Assembly: GCA_964016885.1 (NCBI GenBank)
Contig: OZ024741.1
Coordinates: forward strand, 100,316,001-100,380,000
From: Eledone cirrhosa
Lineage: Eukaryota
Length of the DNA stretch: 64,000 nt
Direction of reading: 5' to 3'
Shown here: piece after piece, positions 13,101 through 25,638 of the stretch
Position numbering within the stretch: position 1 is the stretch's first letter
How the letters are laid out: every line of letters starts with the position of its first letter
The notes under the pieces: model-generated
What the model saw: the letters and a program-made list of their open reading frames with translations, nothing else
The model's database searches: none
What the model was told of the DNA's origin: nothing
Position numbers and translations under genes: made by a program

Positions 13101-16100
13101 GTTATATTGTAGTGTTTACATAGGTGGTGCTTTATGACCTAGTGTGTTATGTTGTAGTATTTTACATAGGTGGTGCTTTATGTCCTAGTGTGTTATGTTG
13201 TAGTATTTTACATAGGTTGTGCTTTATGTCCTAGTGTGTTATGTTGTAGTATTTTACATAGGGGTGCTTTATGTCCTAGTGTGTTATGTTGTAGTGTTTT
13301 ACATAGGTAGTGCTTTATGTCCTAGTGTGTTATGTTGTAGTGTTTTACATAGGTGGTGCTTTATGTCCTAGTGTGTTATGTTGTAGTGTTTTACATAGGT
13401 GCTGCTTTATGTCCTAGTGTGTTAAGTTGTAGTGTTTTAAATAGGTGGTGTTTTATGTCCTAGTGTGTTATGTTGTAGTGTTTTACATAGGTGGTGCTTT
13501 ATGTCCTAGTGTGTTATGTTGTAGTGTTTTACATAGGTGGTGCTTTATGTCCTAGTGTGTTATGTTGTAGTGTTTTACATAGGTGGTGCTTTATGTCCTA
13601 ATGTGTTATGTTGTAGTGTTTTACATAGGTGGTGCTTTATGTCCTAGTGTGTTATGTTGTAGTAGTTTACATAGGTTGTGCTTTATGTCCTAGTGTGTTA
13701 TGTTGTAATATTTTACATAGGGGGTGCTTTATGTCCTAGTGTGTTATGTTGTAGTGTTTTACATAGGTGGTGCTTTATGTCCTAGTGTGTTATGTTGTAG
13801 TGTTTTACATAGGTGGTGCTTTATGTCCTAATGTGTTATGTTGTAGTGTTTTACATAGATGGTGCTTTATCTCCTAGTGTGTTATGTTGTAGTATTTTAC
13901 ATAGGTTGTGCTTTATGTCCTAGTGTGTTATGTTGTAGTATTTTACATAGGGGGTGCTTTATATCCTAGTGTGTTATTTTGTAGTGTTTTACATAGGTAG
14001 TGCTTTATGTCCTAGTGTGTTATGTTGTAGTGTTTTAGATGGGTGGTGCTTTATGTCCTAGTGTGTTATGTTGTAGTGTTTTACATAGGTGGTGCTTTAT
14101 GTCCTAATGTGTTATGTTGTAGTGTTTTACATAGGTGGTTCTTTATGTCCTAGTGTGTTATGTTGTAGTATTTTACATAGGTGGTGCTTTATGTCTTAGT
14201 GTGTTATGTTGTAGTGTTTTATATAGGTGGTGCTTTATGTCCTAGTGTGTTATGTTGTAGTGTTTTACATAGGTAGTGCTTTATGTCCTAGTGTGTTATG
14301 TTGTAGTATCTTACATAGGTGGTGCTTAATGTCCTAGTGTGTTATATTGTAGTATTTTACATAGGTTGTGCTTTATCTCCCAGTGTGTTATGTTGTAGTG
14401 TTTTACATAGGTGGTGCTTTATGTCCTAGTGTGTTATGTTGTAGTGTTTTACATAGGTGGTGCTTTATGTCCTAGTGTGTTATGTTCTAGTATTTTACAT
14501 AGGTGGTGCTGTATGCCCTAGTGTGTTATATTGTAGTGTTTACATAGGTGGTGCTTTATGTCCTAGTGTGTTATGTTGTAGTATTTTACATAGGTGGTGC
14601 TTTATGTCCTAGTGTGTTATGTTGTAGTATTTTACATAGGTTGTGCTTTATGTCCTAGTGTGTTATGTTGTAGTATTTTACATAGGGGTGCTTTATGTCC
14701 TAGTGTGTTATGTTGTAGTGTTTTACATAGGTAGTGCTTTATGTCCTAGTGTGTTATGTTGTAGTGCTTTACATAGGTGGTGCTTTATGTCCTAGTGTGT
14801 TATGTTGTAGTGTTTTACATAGGTGCTGCTTTATGTCCTAGTGTGTTAAGTTGTAGTGTTTTAAATAGGTGGTGTTTTATGTCCTAGTGTGTTATGTTGT
14901 AGTGTTTTACATAGGTGGTGCTTTATGTCCTAGTGTGTTATGTTGTAGTGTTTTACATAGGTGGTGCTTTATGTCCTAGTGTGTTATGTTGTAGTGTTTT
15001 ACATAGGTGGTGCTTTATGTCCTAATGTGTTATGTTGTAGTGTTTTACATAGGTGGTGCTTTATGTCCTAGTGTGTTATGTTGTAGTAGTTTACATAGGT
15101 TGTGCTTCATGTCCTAGTGTGTTATGTTGTAATATTTTACATAGGGGGTGCTTTATGTCCTAGTGTGTTATTTTGTAGTGTTTTACATAGGTAGTGCTTT
15201 ATGTCCTAGTGTGTTATGTTGTAGTGTTTTACATAGGTGGTGCTTTATGTCCTAGTGTGTTATGTTGTAGTGTTTTTCATAGGTGGTGCTTTATGTCCTA
15301 ATGTGTTATGTTGTAGTGTTTTACATAGGTGGTGCTTTATGACCTAGTGTGTTATGTTGTAGTATTTTACATAGGTGGTGTTTTATGTCCTAGTTTGTTA
15401 TGTTGTAGTGTTTTACATAGGTGGTGCTTTATGTCCCAGTGTGTTATGTTGTAGTGTTTTACATAGGTGGTGCTTTATGTCCTAATGTGTTATGTTGTAG
15501 TGTTTTACATAGATGGTGCTTTATCTCCTAGTGTGTTATGTTGTAGTATTTTACATAGGTTGTGCTTTATGTCCTAGTGTGTTATGTTGTAGTATCTTAC
15601 ATAGGGGGTGCTTTATATCCTAGTGTGTTATTTTGTAGTGTTTTACATAGGTAGTGCTTTATGTCCTAGTGTGTTATGTTGTAGTGTTTTACATAGGTGG
15701 TGCTTTATGTCCTAGTGTGTTATGTTGTAGTGTTTTACATAGGTGGTGCTTTATGTCCTAATGTGTTATGTTGTAGTGTTTTACATAGGTGGTTCTTTAT
15801 GTCCTAGTGTGTTATGTTGTAGTATTTTACATAGGTGGTGCTTTATGTCTTAGTGTGTTATGTTGTAGTGTTTTATATAGGTGGTGCTTTATGTCCTAGT
15901 GTGTTATGTTGTAGTGTTTTACATAGGTAGTGCTTTATGTCCTAGTGTGTTATGTTGTAGTATCTTACATAGGTGGTGCTTAATGTCCTAGTGTGTAATA
16001 TTGTAGTATTTTACATAGGTTGTGCTTTATCTCCCAGTGTGTTATGTTGTAGTGTTTTACATAGGTGGTGCTTTATGTCCTAGTGTGTTATGTTGTAGTG

Positions 16101-18480
16101 TTTTACATAGGTGGTGCTTTATGTCCTAGTGTGTTATGTTCTAGTATTTTACATAGGTGGTGCTGTATGCCCTAGTGTGTTATGTTCTAGTATTTTACAT
16201 AGGTGGTGCTTTATGTCCTAGTGTGTTATGTTGTAGTATTTTACATAGGTGGTGCTTTATGTCCTAATGTGTTATGTTGTAGTGTTTAACATAGGTGGTG
16301 CTTTATGTCCTAGTGTGTTATGTTGTAGTGTTTTACATAGGTGGTGCTTTATGTCCTAGTGTGTTATGTTGTAGTGTTTTTCATAGGTGGTGCTTTATGT
16401 CCTAATGTGTTATGTTGTAGTGTTTTACATAGGTGGTGCTTCATGACCTAGTGTGTTATGTTGTAGTATTTTACATAGGTTGTGTTTTATGTCCTAGTGT
16501 GTTATGTTGTAGTGTTTTACATAGGTGGTGCTTTATGTCCTAGTGTGTTATGTTGTAGTCTTTTACATAGGTGGTGCTTTATGTCCTAATGTGTTATGTT
16601 GTAGTGTTTTACATAGATGGTGCTTTATCTCCTAGTGTGTTATGTTGTAGTATTTTACATAGGTTGTGCTTCATGTCCTAGTGTGTTATGTTGTAGTATT
16701 TTACATAGGGGGTGCTTTATATCCTAGTGTGTTATTTTGTAGTGTTTTACATAGGTAGTGCTTTATGTCCTAGTGTGTTATGTTGTAGTGTTTTACATAG
16801 GTGGTGCTTTATGTCCTAGTGTGTTATGTTGTAGTGTTTTACATAGGTGGTTCTTTATGTCCTAGTGTGTTATGTTGTAGTATTTTACATAGGTGGTGCT
16901 TTATGTCTTAGTGTGTTATGTTGTAGTGTTTTATATAGGTGGTGCTTTATGTCCTAGTGTGTTATGTTGTAGTATCTTACATAGGTGGTGCTTAATGTCC
17001 TAGTGTGTTATATTGTAGTATTTTAAATAGGTTGTGCTTTACCTCCCAGTGTGTTATGTTGTAGTGTTTTACATAGGTGGTGCTTTATGTCCTAGTGTGT
17101 TATGTTGTAGTGTTTTACATAGGTGGTTCTTTATGTCCTAGTGTGTTATGTTCTAGTATTTTACATAGGTGGTGCTGTATGCCCTAGTGTGTTATGTTCT
17201 AGTATTTTACATAGGTGGTGCTTTATGTCCTAGTGTGTTATGTTGTAGTATTTTACATAGGTGGTGCTTTATGTCCTAATGTGTTATGTTGTAGTGTTTA
17301 ACATAGGTGGTGCTTTATGTCCTAGTGTGTTATGTTGTAGTGTTTTACATAGGTGGTGCTTTATGTCCTAGTGTGTTATGTTGTAGTGTTTTTCATAGGT
17401 GGTGCTTTATGTCCTAATGTGTTATGTTGTAGTGTTTTACATAGGTGGTGCTTTGTGTCCTAGTGTGTTATGTTGTAGTGTTTACATAGGTGGTGCTTTA
17501 TGTCCTAGTGTGTTATGTTGTAGTATTTTACATAGGTGGTGCTTTATGTCCTAGTGTGTTATATTGTAGTGTTTACATAGGTGGTGCTTTATGACCTAGT
17601 GTGTTATGTTGTAGTATTTTACATAGGTGGTGCTTTATGTCCTAGTGTGTTATGTTGTAGTATTTTACATAGGTTGTGCTTTATGTCCTAGTGTGTCATG
17701 TTGTAGTATTTTACATAGGGGTGCTTTATGTCCTAGTGTGTTATGTTGTAGTGTTTTACATAGGTAGTGCTTTATGTCCTAGTGTGTTATGTTGTAGTGT
17801 TTTACATAGGTGGTGCTTTATGTCCTAGTGTGTTATGTTGTAGTGTTTTATATAGGTGCTGCTTTATGTCCTAGTGTGTTAAGTTGTAGTGTTTTAAATA
17901 GGTGGTGTTTTATGTCCTAGTGTGTTATGTTGTAGTGTTTTACATAGGTGGTGCTTTATGTCCTAGTGTGTTATGTTGTAGTGTTTTACATAGGTGGTGC
18001 TTTATGTCCTAGTGTGTTATGTTGTAGTGTTTTACATAGGTGGTGCTTTATGTCCTAATGTGTTATGTTGTAGTGTTTTACATAGGTGGTGCTTTATGTC
18101 CTAGTGTGTTATGTTGTAGTAGTTTACATAGGTTGTGCTTTATGTCCTAGTGTGTTATGTTGTAATATTTTACATAGGGGGTGCTTTATGTCCTAGTGTG
18201 TTATGTTGTAGTGTTTTACATAGGTGGTGCTTTATGTCCTAGTGTGTTATGTTGTAGTGTTTTACATAGGTGGTGCTTTATGTCCTAATGTGTTATGTTG
18301 TAGTGTTTTACATAGATGGTGCTTTATCACCTAGTGTGTTATGTTGTAGTATTTTACATAGGTTGTGCTTTATGTCCTAGTGTGTTATGTTGTAGTATTT
18401 TACATAGGGGGTGCTTTATATCCTAGTGTGTTATTTTGTAGTGTTTTACATAGGTAGTGCTTTATGTCCTAGTGTGTTAT
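10070..18480. repeat. Duplication of about 4 kb at offset 4503, shifting to 4457 after a one-monomer indel
   Basis: The rare GTGTAATATTG marker sits at 11494/15997 (+4503). CTCCC sits at 12586/17043 (+4457 = 4503-46). Variant order is shared. Ends are approximate. Confidence 0.75.
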
Positions 18481-20003
18481 GTTGTAGTATCTTACATAGG
18501 TGGTGCTTAATGTCCTAGTGTGTTATATTGTAGTATTTTACATAGGTTGTGCTTTACCTCCCAGTGTGTTATGTTGTAGTGTTTTACATAGGTGGTGCTT
18601 TATGTCCTAGTGTGTTATGTTGTAGTGTTTTACATAGGTGGTTCTTTATGTCCTAGTGTGTTATGTTCTAGTATTTTACATAGGTGGTGCTGTATGCCCT
18701 AGTGTGTTATGTTCTAGTATTTTACATAGGTGGTGCTTTATGTCCTAGTGTGTTATGTTGTAGTATTTTACATAGGTGGTGCTTTATGTCCTAATGTGTT
18801 ATGTTGTAGTGTTTAACATAGGTGGTGCTTTATGTCCTAGTGTGTTATGTTGTAGTGTTTTACATAGGTGGTGCTTTATGTCCTAGTGTGTTATGTTGTA
18901 GTGTTTTTCATAGGTGGTGCTTTATGTCCTAATGTGTTATGTTGTAGTGTTTTACATAGGTGGTGCTTTGTGTCCTAGTGTGTTATGTTGTAGTGTTTAC
19001 ATAGGTGGTGCTTTATGTCCTAGTGTGTTATGTTGTAGTATTTTACATAGGTGGTGCTTTATGTCCTAGTGTGTTATATTGTAGTGTTTACATAGGTGGT
19101 GCTTTATGACCTAGTGTGTTATGTTGTAGTATTTTACATAGGTGGTGCTTTATGTCCTAGTGTGTTATGTTGTAGTATTTTACATAGGTTGTGCTTTATG
19201 TCCTAGTGTGTCATGTTGTAGTATTTTACATAGGGGTGCTTTATGTCCTAGTGTGTTATGTTGTAGTGTTTTACATAGGTAGTGCTTTATGTCCTAGTGT
19301 GTTATGTTGTAGTGTTTTACATAGGTGGTGCTTTATGTCCTAGTGTGTTATGTTGTAGTGTTTTACATAGGTGCTGCTTTATGTCCTAGTGTGTTAAGTT
19401 GTAGTGTTTTAAATAGGTGGTGTTTTATGTCCTAGTGTGTTATGTTGTAGTGTTTTACATAGGTGGTGCTTTATGTCCTAGTGTGTTATGTTGTAGTGTT
19501 TTACATAGGTGGTGCTTTATGTCCTAGTGTGTTATGTTGTAGTGTTTTACATAGGTGGTGCTTTATGTCCTAATGTATTATGTTGTAGTGTTTTACATAG
19601 GTGGTGCTTTATGTCCTAGTGTGTTATGTTGTAGTAGTTTACATAGGTTGTGCTTTATGTCCTAGTGTGTTATGTTGTAATATTTTACATAGGGGGTGCT
19701 TTATGTCCTAGTGTGTTATGTTGTAGTGTTTTACATAGGTGGTGCTTTATGTCCTAGTGTGTTATGTTGTAGTGTTTTACATAGGTGGTGCTTTATGTCC
19801 TAATGTGTTATGTTGTAGTGTTTTACATAGATGGTGCTTTATCACCTAGTGTGTTATGTTGTAGTATTTTACATAGGTTGTGCTTTATGTCCTAGTGTGT
19901 TATGTTGTAGTATTTTACATAGGGGGTGCTTTATATCCTAGTGTGTTATTTTGTAGTGTTTTACATAGGTAGTGCTTTATGTCCTAGTGTGTTATGTTGT
20001 AGT
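16942..20003. repeat. Tandem duplication of a 1515-bp unit (33 monomers minus 3 bp)
   Basis: ACCTCCC 17041/18556, gtgtCa 17697/19212 and atcAcc 18329/19844 are all +1515. Confidence 0.9.
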
Positions 20004-20490
20004 GTTTTACATAGGTGGTGCTTTATGTCCTAGTGTGTTATGTTGTAGTGTTTTACATAGGTGGTGCTTTATGTCCTAATGTGTTATGTTGTAGTGTTTT
20101 ACATAGGTGGTTCTTTATGTCCTAGTGTGTTATGTTGTAGTATTTTACATAGGTGGTGCTTTATGTCTTAGTGTGTTATGTTGTAGTGTTTTATATAGGT
20201 GGTGCTTTATGTCCTAGTGTGTTATGTTGTAGTGTTTTACATAGGTAGTGCTTTATGTCCTAGTGTGTTATGTTGTAGTATCTTACATAGGTGGTGCTTA
20301 ATGTCCTAGTGTGTTATATTGTAGTATTTTACATAGGTTGTGCTTTATCTCCCAGTGTGTTATGTTGTAGTGTTTTACATAGGTGGTGCTTTATGTCCTA
20401 GTGTGTTATGTTGTAGTGTTTTACATAGGTGGTGCTTTATGTCCTAGTGTGTTATGTTCTAGTATTTTACATAGGTGGTGCTGTATGCCC

Positions 20491-23400
20491 TAGTGTGTTA
20501 TGTTCTAGTATTTTACATAGGTGGTGCTTTATGTCCTAGTGTGTTATGTTGTAGTATTTTACATAGGTGGTGCTTTATGTCCTAATGTGTTATGTTGTAG
20601 TGTTTAACATAGGTGGTGCTTTATGTCCTAGTGTGTTATGTTGTAGTGTTTTACATAGGTGGTGCTTTATGTCCTAGTGTGTTATGTTGTAGTGTTTTTC
20701 ATAGGTGGTGCTTTATGTCCTAATGTGTTATGTTGTAGTGTTTTACATAGGTGGTGCTTTGTGTCCTAGTGTGTTATGTTGTAGTGTTTACATAGGTGGT
20801 GCTTTATGTCCTAGTGTGTTATGTTGTAGTATTTTACATAGGTGGTGCTTTATGTTCTAGTGTGTTATATTGTAGTGTTTACATAGGTGGTGCTTTATGA
20901 CCTAGTGTGTTATGTTGTAGTATTTTACATAGGTGGTGCTTTATGTCCTAGTGTGTTATGTTGTAGTATTTTACATAGGTGGTGCTTTATGTCCTAGTGT
21001 GTTATGTTGTAGTAATTTACATAGGTGGTGCTTTATGTCCTAGTGTGTTATGTTGTAGTGTTTTACATGGGTGGTGCTTTATGTCCTAGTGTGTTATATT
21101 GTAGTGTTTGACATAGGTGGTGCTTTATGTCCTAGTGTGTTATGTTGTAGTGTTTTACATAGGTGGTGCTTTATGTCCTAGTGTGTTATGTTGTAGTGTT
21201 TTACATAGGTGGTGCTTTATGTCCTAGTGTGTTATGTTGTAGTATTTTACATACGTGGTGCTTTATGTCCTAATGTGTTATGTTGTAGTGTTTAACATAG
21301 GTGGTGCTTTATGTCCTAGTGTGTTATGTTGTAGTGTTTTACATAGGTGGTGCTTTATGTCCTAGTGTGTTATGTTGTAGTGTTTTTCATAGGTGGTGCT
21401 TTATGTCCTAATGTGTTATGTTGTAGTGTTTTACATAGGTGGTGCTTTGTGTCCTAGTGTGTTATGTTGTAGTGTTTACATAGGTGGTGCTTTATGTCCT
21501 AGTGTGTTATGTTGTAGTGTTTTACATGGGTGGTGCTTTATGTCCTAGTGTGTTATATTGTGGTGTTTGACATAGGTGGTGCTTTATGTCCTAGTGTGTT
21601 ATGTTGTAGTGTTTTACATAGGTGGTGCTTTATGTCCTAGTGTGTTATGTTGTAGTGTTTTACATAGGTGGTGCTTTATGTCCTAGTGTGTTATGTTGTA
21701 GTGTTTTACATAGGTGGTGCTTTATGTCCTAGTGTGTTATGTTGTAGTGTTTTACATAGGTGGTGCTTTATGTCCTAGTGTGTTATGTTCTAGTATTTTA
21801 CATAGGTGGTGCTGTATGCCCTAGTGTGTTATGTTCTAGTATTTTACATAGGTGGTGCTTTATGTCCTAGTGTGTTATGTTGTAGTATTTTACATAGGTG
21901 GTGCTTTATGTCCTAATGTGTTATGTTGTAGTGTTTAACATAGGTGGTGCTTTATGTCCTAGTGTGTTATGTTGTAGTGTTTTACATAGGTGGTGCTTTA
22001 TGTCCTAGTGTGTTATGTTGTAGTGTTTTTCATAGGTGGTGCTTTATGTCCTAATGTGTTATGTTGTAGTGTTTTACATAGGTGGTGCTTCATGACCTAG
22101 TGTGTTATGTTGTAGTATTTTACATAGGTGGTGTTTTATGTCCTAGTGTGTTATGTTGTAGTGTTTTACATAGGTGGTGCTTTATGTCCTAGTGTGTTAT
22201 GTTGTAGTCTTTTACATAGGTGGTGCTTTATGTCCTAATGTGTTATGTTGTAGTGTTTTACATAGATGGTGCTTTATCTCCTAGTGTGTTATGTTGTAGT
22301 ATTTTACATAGGTTGTGCTTCATGTCCTAGTGTGTTATGTTGTAGTATTTTACATAGGGGGTGCTTTATATCCTAGTGTGTTATTTTGTAGTGTTTTACA
22401 TAGGTAGTGCTTTATGTCCTAGTGTGTTATGTTGTAGTGTTTTACATAGGTGGTGCTTTATGTCCTAGTGTGTTATGTTGTAGTGTTTTACATAGGTGGT
22501 TCTTTATGTCCTAGTGTGTTATGTTGTAGTATTTTACATAGGTGGTGCTTTATGTCTTAGTGTGTTATGTTGTAGTGTTTTATATAGGTGGTGCTTTATG
22601 TCCTAGTGTGTTATGTTGTAGTATCTTACATAGGTGGTGCTTAATGTCCTAGTGTGTTATATTGTAGTATTTTACATAGGTTGTGCTTTACCTCCCAGTG
22701 TGTTATGTTGTAGTGTTTTACATAGGTGGTGCTTTATGTCCTAGTGTGTTATGTTGTAGTGTTTTACATAGGTGGTTCTTTATGTCCTAGTGTGTTATGT
22801 TCTAGTATTTTACATAGGTGGTGCTGTATGCCCTAGTGTGTTATGTTCTAGTATTTTACATAGGTGGTGCTTTATGTCCTAATGTGTTATGTTGTAGTGT
22901 TTAACATAGGTGGTGCTTTATGTCCTAGTGTGTTATGTTGTAGTGTTTTACATAGGTGGTGCTTTATGTCCTAGTGTGTTATGTTGTAGTATTTTACATA
23001 GGTGGTGCTTTATGTCTTAGTGTGTTATGTTGTAGTGTTTTATATAGGTGGTGCTTTATGTCCTAGTGTGTTATGTTGTAGTATCTTACATAGGTGGTGC
23101 TTAATGTCCTAGTGTGTTATATTGTAGTATTTTACATAGGTTGTGCTTTACCTCCCAGTGTGTTATGTTGTAGTGTTTTACATAGGTGGTGCTTTATGTC
23201 CTAGTGTGTTATGTTGTAGTGTTTTACATAGGTGGTTCTTTATGTCCTAGTGTGTTATGTTCTAGTATTTTACATAGGTGGTGCTTTATGTCCTAGTGTG
23301 TTATGTTGTAGTATTTTACATAGGTGGTGCTTTATGTCCTAATGTGTTATGTTGTAGTGTTTAACATAGGTGGTGCTTTATGTCCTAGTGTGTTATGTTG

Positions 23401-25638
23401 TAGTGTTTTACATAGGTGGTGCTTTATGTCCTAGTGTGTTATGTTGTAGTGTTTTTCATAGGTGGTGCTTTATGTCCTAATGTGTTATGTTGTAGTGTTT
23501 TACATAGGTGGTGCTTTGTGTCCTAGTGTGTTATGTTGTAGTGTTTACATAGGTGGTGCTTTATGTCCTAGTGTGTTATGTTGTAGTATTTTACATAGGT
23601 GGTGCTTTATGTTCTAGTGTGTTATATTGTAGTGTTTACATAGGTGGTGCTTTATGACCTAGTGTGTTATGTTGTAGTATTTTACATAGGTGGTGCTTTA
23701 TGTCCTAGTGTGTTATGTTGTAGTATTTTACATAGGTGGTGCTTTATGTCCTAGTGTGTTATGTTGTAGTAATTTACATAGGTGGTGCTTTATGTCCTAG
23801 TGTGTTATGTTGTAGTGTTTTACATGGGTGGTGCTTTATGTCCTAGTGTGTTATATTGTAGTGTTTGACATAGGTGGTGCTTTATGTCCTAGTGTGTTAT
23901 GTTGTAGTGTTTTACATAGGTGGTGCTTTATGTCCTAGTGTGTTATGTTGTAGTGTTTTACATAGGTGGTGCTTTATGTCCTAGTGTGTTATGTTGTAGT
24001 ATTTTACATACGTGGTGCTTTATGTCCTAATGTGTTATGTTGTAGTGTTTAACATAGGTGGTGCTTTATGTCCTAGTGTGTTATGTTGTAGTGTTTTACA
24101 TAGGTGGTGCTTTATGTCCTAGTGTGTTATGTTGTAGTGTTTTTCATAGGTGGTGCTTTATGTCCTAATGTGTTATGTTGTAGTGTTTTACATAGGTGGT
24201 GCTTTGTGTCCTAGTGTGTTATGTTGTAGTGTTTACATAGGTGGTGCTTTATGTCCTAGTGTGTTATGTTGTAGTGTTTTACATGGGTGGTGCTTTATGT
24301 CCTAGTGTGTTATATTGTGGTGTTTGACATAGGTGGTGCTTTATGTCCTAGTGTGTTATGTTGTAGTGTTTTACATAGGTGGTGCTTTATGTCCTAGTGT
24401 GTTATGTTGTAGTGTTTTACATAGGTGGTGCTTTATGTCCTAGTGTGTTATGTTGTAGTGTTTTACATAGGTGGTGCTTTATGTCCTAGTGTGTTATGTT
24501 GTAGTGTTTTACATAGGTGGTGCTTTATGTCCTAGTGTGTTATGTTCTAGTATTTTACATAGGTGGTGCTGTATGCCCTAGTGTGTTATGTTCTAGTATT
24601 TTACATAGGTGGTGCTTTATGTCCTAGTGTGTTATGTTGTAGTATTTTACATAGGTGGTGCTTTATGTCCTAATGTGTTATGTTGTAGTGTTTAACATAG
24701 GTGGTGCTTTATGTCCTAGTGTGTTATGTTGTAGTGTTTTACATAGGTGGTGCTTTATGTCCTAGTGTGTTATGTTGTAGTGTTTTTCATAGGTGGTGCT
24801 TTATGTCCTAATGTGTTATGTTGTAGTGTTTTACATAGGTGGTGCTTCATGACCTAGTGTGTTATGTTGTAGTATTTTACATAGGTGGTGTTTTATGTCC
24901 TAGTGTGTTATGTTGTAGTGTTTTACATAGGTGGTGCTTTATGTCCTAGTGTGTTATGTTGTAGTCTTTTACATAGGTGGTGCTTTATGTCCTAATGTGT
25001 TATGTTGTAGTGTTTTACATAGATGGTGCTTTATCTCCTAGTGTGTTATGTTGTAGTATTTTACATAGGTTGTGCTTCATGTCCTAGTGTGTTATGTTGT
25101 AGTATTTTACATAGGGGGTGCTTTATATCCTAGTGTGTTATTTTGTAGTGTTTTACATAGGTAGTGCTTTATGTCCTAGTGTGTTATGTTGTAGTGTTTT
25201 ACATAGGTGGTGCTTTATGTCCTAGTGTGTTATGTTGTAGTGTTTTACATAGGTGGTTCTTTATGTCCTAGTGTGTTATGTTGTAGTATTTTACATAGGT
25301 GGTGCTTTATGTCTTAGTGTGTTATGTTGTAGTGTTTTATATAGGTGGTGCTTTATGTCCTAGTGTGTTATGTTGTAGTATCTTACATAGGTGGTGCTTA
25401 ATGTCCTAGTGTGTTATATTGTAGTATTTTACATAGGTTGTGCTTTACCTCCCAGTGTGTTATGTTGTAGTGTTTTACATAGGTGGTGCTTTATGTCCTA
25501 GTGTGTTATGTTGTAGTGTTTTACATAGGTGGTTCTTTATGTCCTAGTGTGTTATGTTCTAGTATTTTACATAGGTGGTGCTGTATGCCCTAGTGTGTTA
25601 TGTTCTAGTATTTTACATAGGTGGTGCTTTATGTCCTA
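20491..25638. repeat. Duplication at 2757-bp offset (60 monomers minus 3 bp): ~20491..22881 matches ~23248..25638. A partial third copy lies near 27.4-28.4 kb
   Basis: TATGTTCTAG 20851/23608/27742, cataCgtgg 21254/24011/28145, attgTGG 21561/24318. Confidence 0.9.
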
